DNA of 64,000 nt. Source: Gemmatimonadota bacterium. Its GTDB lineage: Bacteria; Gemmatimonadota; Gemmatimonadetes; Gemmatimonadales; GWC2-71-9. Each line of letters opens with the position of its first letter. Within the stretch, counting starts at the first letter, position 1. The position numbers and the translations under genes were made by a program. Shown here piece after piece: positions 50,973 to 61,702 of the stretch. The notes below the pieces were generated by a model. That model had not been told where the DNA came from and made no database searches. It saw only the letters and a list, made by a program, of their open reading frames with translations. The stretch lies in the NCBI GenBank assembly GCA_031367105.1, contig JANLPG010000129.1:24690-88689 (forward strand), read 5' to 3'.

Positions 50973-53749
50973 GGCTTCGCTCGCAACCGCGCCTGCGTCC
51001 GCCGAGACTCGACCGTCGCCGGCTTGTCACTCCACGTCGGCCAATTCCGGTCGTTGGCGAGCCGCTGGACCACGTCAACAAACATCGCGGCATCCTCCAC
51101 CGCGCCGCCGAGGTCCCAGTCGCTGCGGAGTTCGTCGTTCACCTGATGATATTCACGAGCGAGGTACGCATCGTTGCGCTGCTTCCCCCACCCGGTGGGT
51201 CGTGCGATGTAGTCCATTCCGGAACCAGCGAAGAGCCCGGGGATTCCCGCCTTCGCAAAGGCGTAGTGATCCGAGCGCACATAGAAGTTCTGCTCCGGGA
51301 ACGGATCACGGGTCAGCACCCGTCCCTGCCGTGCTGCCGCGTTTCGCAGCAGCGTGTCGAGCGAGCTCATCCCGTCACCAATCGAGACGACATCACGCGT
51401 GCGTCCCCACGGTGCCATGAAGTCGAGGTTGAGCACCCCCGTCGTCTTGGCCAGCGGAACCAGCGGATGCCGGACATACCACTCGGCACCGAGGAGCCCA
51501 AGCTCCTCCACCGCCGTCGCGATGAAGAGCACCGACCGGCGCAGCCGGGGACCGGCCGTGATCGCCCGGGCCATCTCGAGGAACTGGGCGACACCACCGG
51601 CGTTGTCGAGCGCACCGTTGAAGATCTGATCGCCTTTGAGTGTGGTATCGCGGCCGAGGTGATCGTGGTGCGCCGACACGACGACGTACTCGTCACGCGC
51701 CGCAGGGTCGCTGCCCCGCACCATCCCGACGACGTTGTTGGTCGTGAAGCGCTCCACCGTCGGAGTATATGAGATGCTCAGCTGGCCGGGAATCGCCAGA
51801 GGGTGAAACAACTTGGTGCGCGCGACGGTCGTCAGCGCGTCCAGTGTGCCGATGGGGGCCACCAGGTGCGCGCCGGAGACATCGGCGCGAAGCAACAGGG
51901 TGGTCAGCGCGGGCACCGACGTCGCGTCGGCGGCCAGTGAGGAGATCGGCCGTGAAACCCTTCGCCGGTTGGCGCGGACCACCATATCCGAGGCGAGCGT
52001 CACGACACCGATGGCGCCACGATCCCTTGCCACCTCCGCCTTCAGACTGGTCGGGAAACTCACCGTGAGCGCGTCCCATTCCGGCCCGCTCGGCAGACCG
52101 GCGAGCTGGACCACGATCTTGCCTCGGACATCGACGTTTTTGTAGTCATCCCAGCGGTGGTCGAGGGTCACGATGCCGTACCCGACGAAGGTCATCTCGC
52201 CCTTGACGCTCCGCGGTGTCTCGCCGCCTGAGGCCAGCACGACGGCTCCGCTGTCGGCGTAGGCGATGGACACGCCATCACGGAACAGGGCGGCGCTGCC
52301 ACTCCCGCGGATGCGCGTCATCTCCACGGGTTGGAAGAATGTCCCGTCGCGGACCCCGCTCGTCAGGCCGAGCGTGCGAAGCTCCTGGCGCACGTACGCT
52401 TCGGCGAGTGCGTCGCCCCGGGTCCCAGGACCGCGCCCTTCGAACGAATCCGAGGCAAGGATGCGAACATGTTGGAACATCCGCGCGGCAACCACATCCA
52501 TTTCGTCCGTGACCGCGGTGCGCAGCATCGCGCGGGTGGAATCCGGCGAACCATCATTCGGGGCCGGTGTGAGGCCGAGGATGGCACACATCAGGTCGTA
52601 GACGTGAATGTTCTGGAACGAAGGCACGACTTGCCCGCGGCGGAAGGCCGGTCCACCCGCAACGAAAAGTGCTCGCATCGACGGAAGCGTGTTATCCCAG
52701 CCGTGTGAGGCACTCGTCGCCGACCAACTCTCGACCCGGCCTCGGCGAGTGATGCTCCAGCCTTCGTCGGCGACGAGTACCAGCGGCGTGATGCGGGGAT
52801 TGTTGTTGAAATGGAACCGTGCCGGCACCTCGCCCTTGCGATACACTTGCAGATGCGGGTGCGCGCGCTTGAGCCTGGCGTACACGGCCTCCAGCTTCCC
52901 CGGCTTCGGTGCAATCGCGCCCACCGGCGTCCAGTCGATCACGTCGACATCGTCGAGCGAGATGTAGTCGTCGATCACGATCAACTGATCGCTGGGCGTC
53001 CGCTGCATCCCGTGATCGGCCACCACAATCACATTGACGCGTTGAGCAAGGGTGCGCGCCGTCAGTCCATCGAGCAATCGGCCGATCATCGAGTCGACCC
53101 GAGCGATCGCGGCGTCCGTCTCGGGCGCGTCGGGGCCGTACGTGTGACCCGCGTGATCGACGTCGCTGAAATAGAGCGTAACCAGGGAGGGCGCTGTCCC
53201 CCGGGGCCGGGAGAGCCAGGTCAGGACCGAGTCGACCCGTGCCGCATTGGGAAACGAGTCGACAAAACGTTTCCAGATCGTGGCACGCACTCCGCCGATC
53301 GCTGCCTCAGAGCCGGGCCAGAAGAAATTCGCGGCCCGCTTGCCCTGCTTCTCGGCCGTGACCCAGATCGGCTCGCCGCCCCACCAGCGCGCATCCCGCA
53401 CGGCGACAGAATCCGCCATCGTGAAGGAACCGAGCAGCGAGTCGCGGATGTTGTTCGCGACGATGCCGTGATGTTCCGGATAGAGTCCGGTGACGATGGT
53501 GTAGTGGTTGGGAAAGGTCTTGGTGGGAAACGAAGGCGTCATCCATTCAGCACGGACGCCGCCCCGAGCCAGTCGCTGCAGGTTCTTCGCGACCGGACGG
53601 TCGAGATAATCGGCCCGGAAGCCATCGAGCGAGACCAGGACAATGGCCTGATCACTCGCGGCAGGGCTGGCGCCCGTGCCGGGCCGGGAGGCCGTTGAGC
53701 AGGCGGCGAGGAGCAGCAGGGCAGCGGACCGAACGATGTGGTTGCGCAT
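50969..53749 (-). CDS. fusion of nucleotide pyrophosphatase/phosphodiesterase (NPP) and M28 peptidase domains
   Basis: ATG at 53749 with a lipoprotein-like leader (LLLLAACS). The NPP motifs are VLVSLDGFRADYL and FPTKTFPNHYTIVTGLYPEHHGIV. The C-terminal half has the M28 motifs NNVVGMVRGS...VVVSAHHDHLG and NGALDNAGGVAQFLEMARA. Confidence 0.8.
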   Translation of the reverse strand: MRNHIVRSAALLLLAACSTASRPGTGASPAASDQAIVLVSLDGFRADYLDRPVAKNLQRLARGGVRAEWMTPSFPTKTFPNHYTIVTGLYPEHHGIVANNIRDSLLGSFTMADSVAVRDARWWGGEPIWVTAEKQGKRAANFFWPGSEAAIGGVRATIWKRFVDSFPNAARVDSVLTWLSRPRGTAPSLVTLYFSDVDHAGHTYGPDAPETDAAIARVDSMIGRLLDGLTARTLAQRVNVIVVADHGMQRTPSDQLIVIDDYISLDDVDVIDWTPVGAIAPKPGKLEAVYARLKRAHPHLQVYRKGEVPARFHFNNNPRITPLVLVADEGWSITRRGRVESWSATSASHGWDNTLPSMRALFVAGGPAFRRGQVVPSFQNIHVYDLMCAILGLTPAPNDGSPDSTRAMLRTAVTDEMDVVAARMFQHVRILASDSFEGRGPGTRGDALAEAYVRQELRTLGLTSGVRDGTFFQPVEMTRIRGSGSAALFRDGVSIAYADSGAVVLASGGETPRSVKGEMTFVGYGIVTLDHRWDDYKNVDVRGKIVVQLAGLPSGPEWDALTVSFPTSLKAEVARDRGAIGVVTLASDMVVRANRRRVSRPISSLAADATSVPALTTLLLRADVSGAHLVAPIGTLDALTTVARTKLFHPLAIPGQLSISYTPTVERFTTNNVVGMVRGSDPAARDEYVVVSAHHDHLGRDTTLKGDQIFNGALDNAGGVAQFLEMARAITAGPRLRRSVLFIATAVEELGLLGAEWYVRHPLVPLAKTTGVLNLDFMAPWGRTRDVVSIGDGMSSLDTLLRNAAARQGRVLTRDPFPEQNFYVRSDHYAFAKAGIPGLFAGSGMDYIARPTGWGKQRNDAYLAREYHQVNDELRSDWDLGGAVEDAAMFVDVVQRLANDRNWPTWSDKPATVESRRTQARLRAKP

Positions 53750-53874
53750 CCGCTGAGGATGCCACGAAACGCCGCTGAACGCCACCCCCGACGGGAACGC
53801 CAAGGGAGATTCCCCCCAGGCCGAATATCCGAGCGTCGCGCAGGGCCAGACGGCAGCGGCGTTCTATCCATCCA

Positions 53875-55650
53875 TCACCGCGCGTCCGCGAATCTCCAAT
53901 TGGCCGTGTAGTCTCGCTTCAGCGCCAGCTCCGGCCTGAGGATCACCCGCACCATCGCGATCGGCATCGGCCCGGTGGCCAGTACCGCGTCGTGGAACTG
54001 CCGCTCGGTCATCTTCTTGCCGGTCACCAGCTCTGCGTAGAGTGCTCGCAACTGCATTCCACCGAGCAGGTAGCCGGCCTGATAGAGTGGCGAGTAGTTG
54101 CCGTTGAAGGAGCGTCGCACCTCCCCCGTTGCGGAGGCGCGCTCGTGACCGACCGTGTCCACCAGAAAATCGATGCACTGCTGCGCGGTCCAGTCGCCGA
54201 GATGGAACTTGAGCGAGAAGATGATCCGGGCGGCGCGATGCATCCGCCAGAAGAGCGCTCCCATCCGCTGATCGGGAGTGGCGTGGAAGCCGAGATCCCA
54301 GAGGTGGAGTTCCCACCAGAGCGACCACCCTTCCCCATAGAACGGTGTCTCGAAAAGGCTGCGCTGAGGGTTGTTCCGATCGGCCAGGAAGCCCTGCAGG
54401 TGGTGCCCGGGGATCAATTCGTGTTGCACCGTGGCGCGCGACATCGGCGCGTTGTTGGCGCGCAGTGCCTGCAGCTTTTCGTCCTCACTCATCCCGTCGG
54501 TAGGTGACGATACCAGAATGACTTCGCCGCCCAGAAAGAACGGGTTGGTCTTCTGTGCCTCGGGTGTCATCATCTCCATCCGCCAGATTTCCTTGGCGAG
54601 CGGTGGCACGCTGATCAGGTTGTGGGATTCGACGTAGCGGGTCGCTTCCCACGCCATATCGCGCACCGCAGTGGCCTGCTCCCCCACCGGCGGGTACTCC
54701 GTCTTCACCTTCTCGAGAGCCGCCTTCCAGTCCTCACCGAAACCCATCTCCCGGGCGGCGTGCTTCGCCTCGTTCTCGAGCAAGCGGTATTCCTGTTCGG
54801 CGATGGTGATCAGTTCGGCGGGTGTGTAGGGAATCATCTCGCCGGCAAGATCCACGGTGAGCCCCTCCGCCCCGATCGGGTCGCCCACGATTGGCTCATC
54901 CTCCCCTTCCTTGGTACCAACCACCTTTTCGCGCAGCGACTTGCGATAGCGATCGAGTGTGGCGTCGAACTTTTTCGCCGGATCGGCGATCCACCACGTC
55001 ATCTGGGGGTCGTAGCCCTGGTAGAAGCGGAGCCACAGTGCGAACTGCCGTTGGTACCCGGCGAGTGCATCCGCGGCACGATAGGCGATGATCTTTGACG
55101 TCTTGGGTCCGTTGGGCACGCCGTCGGTGCTGCCGAGTTGCTTGCTCACCCGGTCAATCAGTGCCGTCATCCCCGCGATGGTGCGAGCCGCGGTCGCGGG
55201 ATCGGGGCGCTGCAGCGCCCGCCGCTGTTCCAGCAACGCACCGAGGGAGTCGGCAAAGGGCAGCAGCGGCGCCATCTCGCCGGCGAGTTTTGCCTCGCGA
55301 TCGAGCAGGGCGAGGTCATAGCGGAGCTTGTTGTCGAGCAGCAGGTAATCGACCTGACCCTGCCGGGAGAGTTTCTCGAACGGCAGCGCCTGGAGCTGTG
55401 CCCGCCACGTCGTGTGAAAGTGGCGGAGTCGATCTCGGCGGACCGCCGAGTATTCGGTGCTGTAGCGCCGGCCCAACGCATCGCGATCCGAGCGCCACCG
55501 CTCCAGCACCGGAGCGAGCTCGCTTCTCGGCTGGGCCAGCAGCGCAACCAGGTCAGGAACCGTGGCATCGCGCGACTGGGCCACCCCGGAGACGGGGCAC
55601 AGCAGCACGATGGCGAGCAGGCCGCGAAGCCCGCAGGGAGAGCTGGACAC
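53875..55650 (-). CDS. DUF885 family protein (putative metallopeptidase-like)
   Basis: HELIPGHHLQ and the surrounding helical architecture are typical of DUF885. The likely GTG start at 55650 precedes a signal-like LLAIVLLCPVSGVAQS. The upstream Arg-rich extension to 55923 overlaps thiC. Confidence 0.7.
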   Translation of the reverse strand: MSSSPCGLRGLLAIVLLCPVSGVAQSRDATVPDLVALLAQPRSELAPVLERWRSDRDALGRRYSTEYSAVRRDRLRHFHTTWRAQLQALPFEKLSRQGQVDYLLLDNKLRYDLALLDREAKLAGEMAPLLPFADSLGALLEQRRALQRPDPATAARTIAGMTALIDRVSKQLGSTDGVPNGPKTSKIIAYRAADALAGYQRQFALWLRFYQGYDPQMTWWIADPAKKFDATLDRYRKSLREKVVGTKEGEDEPIVGDPIGAEGLTVDLAGEMIPYTPAELITIAEQEYRLLENEAKHAAREMGFGEDWKAALEKVKTEYPPVGEQATAVRDMAWEATRYVESHNLISVPPLAKEIWRMEMMTPEAQKTNPFFLGGEVILVSSPTDGMSEDEKLQALRANNAPMSRATVQHELIPGHHLQGFLADRNNPQRSLFETPFYGEGWSLWWELHLWDLGFHATPDQRMGALFWRMHRAARIIFSLKFHLGDWTAQQCIDFLVDTVGHERASATGEVRRSFNGNYSPLYQAGYLLGGMQLRALYAELVTGKKMTERQFHDAVLATGPMPIAMVRVILRPELALKRDYTANWRFADAR

Positions 55651-55771
55651 GATTGCGACTCCGGGACGGAGGGGCTGGACGCAGGAAGTGTAGGCGGGTG
55701 GCCACCCGACGGTCGCCGGGATCCCTCGCGCGACTGGAGGTGCGCCCGCCAGCGTGCCGACAACGGATCCG

Positions 55772-57572
<1,801 letters not shown>

Positions 57573-57725
57573 AAAGATAGGGGAAGATCGATCATCGATC
57601 ATTGACCATCGCGGATCGAAGGCCGAGCTTCGTCACACTTTGGAACCTCTGAAACGTTCCCCTCGTAGGGCCCCCTATTCCACGACCACCACCCTCCCAC
57701 CGGCCTCGCCGCACGGGGAAGCACG

Positions 57726-58637
57726 ATGCCAAGAGCGCTTCGCCTCGCGATCCTCGCCCTCCCGCTCTTCGGATGCGGTGGGGCCGACGGCCGTGCGATG
57801 GACCTCTCCGACCCTGCCGTTCTGGCCTCGCACCAGAAGAAGCAGCTGGAGGGAGCCGCCGCTATCAGCCGCGCCAGCGACAGCATCACTCGAGCGATGA
57901 CGCACGATGAGGCGGCGATCCAGCTCGCCGACCGCCCCGCCACGCCGGTCGACTCCCTCGCAGAGTACCGCGCCCGAGTCGACTCACTCCGCACCCTGAA
58001 TCGCTCCCGGCTGGTAACCATCACCCATCTGCACCGGCAACTCGACGCCCTCGGCCCCGGTGTGCAGTTCGTCAACGATTCACTCCGCGTTGCCCGGCGG
58101 CACCTCGCCGACCTCGAGACGCTGCTCCTGCGGCGCGAACAGCGCATCGTCCAGCTCGAGACCGAGGTGGATTCCCTGCTGCGGGCCAATGGCATTCTGG
58201 TCGAAGCAAACGCCGGGCTGCGCGACACCATCGTGGTGTTGCGTGACACCATCTTCGGACTCCGGCACCGGGTCGACAGCATCAGCGGCCTCACGCGTGC
58301 ACCCGCCGAGCTGGAGCGTGCCAGCACTGCCAACGCGCTGTATGCCGTGCTCACGAAGGAGGAGGTGCAGCGGATGGATCTGGTGGGTGCGGATGATTTC
58401 CTGCGCTGCGACCGGATGCCGAGCGGCTCGGTCGCCCTCGATCCCGGGCACGCCGCGCAGATCCGGCTGCCGCGTACCCGCAAGGGGTACGACCTCGTCG
58501 GCCGCCCGGATGTGCGGGCAATGCAGCAGGCCCGTGAGGCGGTCTGGTCGTTCGACGACGAGACGATGCTGTTCACGATTCACGACGCCGAGCGCTTCTG
58601 GAGAGGCTCGTCCTGCCTGGTCTTCGTCACCCAGTGA
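57726..58637 (+). CDS. coiled-coil lipoprotein, unknown function
   Basis: Lipobox LPLFGC. A central heptad-like region (LADLETLLLRREQRIVQLETEVDSLLRANGILVEANAGLRDTIVVLRDTI) is followed by a globular C-terminal domain. There is a GTGA overlap with the next gene. Confidence 0.6.
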   Translation: MPRALRLAILALPLFGCGGADGRAMDLSDPAVLASHQKKQLEGAAAISRASDSITRAMTHDEAAIQLADRPATPVDSLAEYRARVDSLRTLNRSRLVTITHLHRQLDALGPGVQFVNDSLRVARRHLADLETLLLRREQRIVQLETEVDSLLRANGILVEANAGLRDTIVVLRDTIFGLRHRVDSISGLTRAPAELERASTANALYAVLTKEEVQRMDLVGADDFLRCDRMPSGSVALDPGHAAQIRLPRTRKGYDLVGRPDVRAMQQAREAVWSFDDETMLFTIHDAERFWRGSSCLVFVTQ

Positions 58638-61600
58638 ACCGCCTCGCGCTGACCGTGCGGCAGACCGTCCTGTCGCTCCCCGGTATCGCACTGCTCTCCG
58701 GCCTGACGGTCGTCATTGTTGCAGGGAGTGCACCGTCACGGGTGCTCACGGTGGCATTGCTGATCGAGATCCTCTGGATTGCCGGCGCGGCCTGGCGCGT
58801 GTTGCGCCGGGAGCACGTCGCCAATGGACTGCTCCCCGCCTTCCTTTGCGTGGTGCTGGTCGGCGTCGCTGCCTCGTACTTCGCCCTGATGAATCAGGCG
58901 AGTCAGACCCGTCTCGAACTCCGTGGCGTTGTCTTTCCGATGCGGCGCGGACACTTCACGGTGGGCACGGTGCCCGGGGTCTCCGCCAGACTTGCGATAC
59001 CAGGCGACTCGATTCCGGGGTGGCAGCTCTTCATCACCCGACAGGACAGCGGTGCCTTCCGTCTCGATTCCCTCGATGGCATCGATGCCGTTGCTGCTCG
59101 CCCGGTGCGCGGCAGCGGTCCGCTCCGTGGGGCAGCGCTCGTCACCGACGGTGCGCCGCTCCAGTTGAGCGATCGTGACTCCGGCACCCGTTCCGCCCCG
59201 CTCGCTCTGGTGCGCGATCCGGGGGGCAAGCCGGTGCTCGTGACCGGTGCCGACACCGCCTTTCTCGCTCCAGGGGGGCGGATCGACGCCGATCCGGTGC
59301 TGGAGCACCGCCGTGAACACGATCTGCGCGCCGGTCTGACACTCGACCGATTGCACTGGTCTCAGGCGCCGCCCGAGTGGGCTTCCTCCTTTTCCGTCTC
59401 CCTCCCCGATGATGACGCGCTGCAACGACTCCTCCGACTGACGGGGTTTCGCCCGAAGCAGGATCTGATCCTCACCCCGTCGGCGCTCGGCGCCGACCTC
59501 GCTTCGACAGTGGTGGCCGCAGCGGTCGAACCGGGTGACACCATCGAGGTGTCAAGCGGTGGGCGGCGTTGGGAGTTTGCATTGGAGTCACGCGGTGTCC
59601 AGGATGAAGACACCAGGCTCGCCGTCGTTCGGTTCGTGCGGAATCCCCGTCCGCTCCTCTCCGCACTTCCGCCGCGAAGCGTCTGTACCTCGAACGGTGT
59701 GAACGATGGCGAGTGCGGCCTCGTCTCCAGCCACCTGATTCCGGGCACATCACCGCTGCTGTACTTCGCCGGACTCGGCCTCGACACCGCTCGCTACTTC
59801 GCCATCGGCCGCGCCGTCGAAGGAAAGGCGGGAGTCATCTTCGCGACTCACACCGCAACGCGTGACACCTTGCGCTTCGGTGAGGAGGCTCTGGTCGCGG
59901 CCTTTCCTACCCGGGCTTCGGCTGGCTATCTGCTCCGCTTCACCCACCTCACAGCGTCCGACGGCGCCCGGATCATCGTTGCCTGCATCGGCCTGCTCCT
60001 GATGGTGTTCGGCGCGATCGGGATTGCCAAGCGTGGCGCCCGCTCCGACGCCGATGAGCGTCTCCCTGTCATCCGGGGTGCCGACGCCACGGTTCTCGGG
60101 ATGGTGGTGCTCGCGATTCTTGGCCTCCGCCTGACGCTCGGCCTGCGCATCGCCGAGGCCAACCCCTATGTCGAGAGTGGGAGGAATACCGCCTTTGCGA
60201 TGTGGTGTGTCGTGGTCCTCGGGTTCGTCCTGGTGATCCGTGGAGCGGCACTGATCGAATGGCTTGATCGCTTCGGACGGCGGCACGCGCTGGTTCTCGC
60301 CACCGCGGCAGCGGCAGTGCTGCTGCCCGCCTATGCGCTCAACCCCGGCCGTGCTCCGCTGGCTTCCGGTGGCATCGTGATCGTCATCCTGTGCGGGCTC
60401 GCGTTCCTCTCGCGTCGCGGGACCGAGCGCGAGCGGCTTCGGGAGAAGCTGCCGATGATCGCCCTCTGTGGTGGGACACTGGTGGTGCTGTTCGCGGGCG
60501 TGAGTGGGGAGACGGCTCGACTGCCGCTGGATGTCCTGGCGCGCGTCGCCGGGTACGCACTGATCGCGGCCGCCGCCTCGCTCGGTTGGTCGACGGCACT
60601 CCGCGGCCTCGGCAGCTGGGCGGTGCAAGGGCAGCGCTTCCTGGCGGCTGCCCTCACCGCCACGGTGTTCCTGATCGTGGTGATTTCGCCTGCCTCCCGG
60701 CTCGGCCGCATGGCACTGTTCGCCACAATTCTGGTGGCGCTCAACGTCTTCGCACGACGAGGCCGGGCATTCGAGCAGTTGTCCGACTCGTTCCGTTCTC
60801 CAAGCCGATCCCGCTGGCTCTGGGCCGCGATGCCCGCCGTGCTTCTGGTGCTGATGGCGCGTGCAGATACCGGCCTCGCACTCGTGGCTGGTATCCCGCT
60901 CACGCTGGCGCTTCTCCTCGCGATCCCCCCGGGTGCCGCACTCTGGCGTCGCCGCCTGCTCTGGAGCTACGGGCTCGTGGGGTTGGTGGCGGCGCTCTGC
61001 ATCTACCCGGTGTTTTTCCCCCGCACCGACGTGCTGAAGAGCGCCATTCGGTGTGGCAGCTCCGCCGTCGAGCAGGATGAGGCGTTTCGCGGCCTCGGCG
61101 GACCGCTGCGATTCTGGCCGTCTTCGTCGCGGGCGCTGGTGCGTGGCATCGCGGCACACGATCCGGAATATCTCGAGGCGATGCTGCTGACCGCGGGACC
61201 GTCGGCCGCGCGCGAAGAGATCATTCGCTCGATCGAGCAGGTGCAGGGTGGACTCGCCTATGCTGTGGCGGGGTGGAGCGGCGAAGGCCTGGTATCGCCT
61301 GCCCCACTCGGCCGCGGTGTCCCGACTGCTGTGGCCTACGCCGAAAACACCTTCGATGTCTTCGTGGTGCAGGAACACGGTGTGCTTGGCGCACTCGCCG
61401 TCCTGATCCTCTACCTCTCACTCCCGACCCTCCTGCTTCTGCCGCTCCTTCGCCGGCCCGCCGTCGAGACGCACGATGCCGCCTTCCTCTTTGCGGCCGC
61501 CCTGCTGATTTCGATTCCGGCGTGGTACGTCGCCGGTGCCAATCTCGGAATCTTCCCGCTCACCGGACAGAACATTCCCTTCCTCGGCCTCAACTCGTGG

Positions 61601-61702
61601 GTCGACGTGCTGCTCTACGGCGGACTCGCCGCCCAGGGCGCGGCCTTCATCGGGCGCGGCGAAGTGGCATCCCTCGCCGTATCGGGGAGCAGCGCGTCGT
61701 GA
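58634..61702 (+). CDS. giant SEDS (FtsW/RodA/SpoVE)-like polytopic membrane protein with ~470-aa N-terminal extension
   Basis: 1022 aa. In the C-terminal half, ARADTGLALV, GWSGEGLVSPAPLGRGVPTAVAYAENTFDVFVVQEHGVLGALAVLILY and GIFPLTGQNIPFLGLNSWVDVLLYGG align by eye with SEDS landmarks (PDLGTALV; GxGxG..LPexhTDFIFaxigEExG; lPvTGvxLPfxSYGGSS). Key residues are substituted. The N-terminal part has 2-3 TM plus beta-rich, FHA-like segments. Confidence 0.6.
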   Translation: MNRLALTVRQTVLSLPGIALLSGLTVVIVAGSAPSRVLTVALLIEILWIAGAAWRVLRREHVANGLLPAFLCVVLVGVAASYFALMNQASQTRLELRGVVFPMRRGHFTVGTVPGVSARLAIPGDSIPGWQLFITRQDSGAFRLDSLDGIDAVAARPVRGSGPLRGAALVTDGAPLQLSDRDSGTRSAPLALVRDPGGKPVLVTGADTAFLAPGGRIDADPVLEHRREHDLRAGLTLDRLHWSQAPPEWASSFSVSLPDDDALQRLLRLTGFRPKQDLILTPSALGADLASTVVAAAVEPGDTIEVSSGGRRWEFALESRGVQDEDTRLAVVRFVRNPRPLLSALPPRSVCTSNGVNDGECGLVSSHLIPGTSPLLYFAGLGLDTARYFAIGRAVEGKAGVIFATHTATRDTLRFGEEALVAAFPTRASAGYLLRFTHLTASDGARIIVACIGLLLMVFGAIGIAKRGARSDADERLPVIRGADATVLGMVVLAILGLRLTLGLRIAEANPYVESGRNTAFAMWCVVVLGFVLVIRGAALIEWLDRFGRRHALVLATAAAAVLLPAYALNPGRAPLASGGIVIVILCGLAFLSRRGTERERLREKLPMIALCGGTLVVLFAGVSGETARLPLDVLARVAGYALIAAAASLGWSTALRGLGSWAVQGQRFLAAALTATVFLIVVISPASRLGRMALFATILVALNVFARRGRAFEQLSDSFRSPSRSRWLWAAMPAVLLVLMARADTGLALVAGIPLTLALLLAIPPGAALWRRRLLWSYGLVGLVAALCIYPVFFPRTDVLKSAIRCGSSAVEQDEAFRGLGGPLRFWPSSSRALVRGIAAHDPEYLEAMLLTAGPSAAREEIIRSIEQVQGGLAYAVAGWSGEGLVSPAPLGRGVPTAVAYAENTFDVFVVQEHGVLGALAVLILYLSLPTLLLLPLLRRPAVETHDAAFLFAAALLISIPAWYVAGANLGIFPLTGQNIPFLGLNSWVDVLLYGGLAAQGAAFIGRGEVASLAVSGSSAS

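Noticed and set aside
57580-57640. A cluster of GATC sites with ATCGATC tandem copies (GAAGATCGATCATCGATCATTGACCATCGCGGATCG) between the riboswitch and the lipoprotein gene.
   Set aside because: It could be a methylation-sensitive promoter element. However, it is short, I have no evidence for a Dam-type methylase, and it may be chance.
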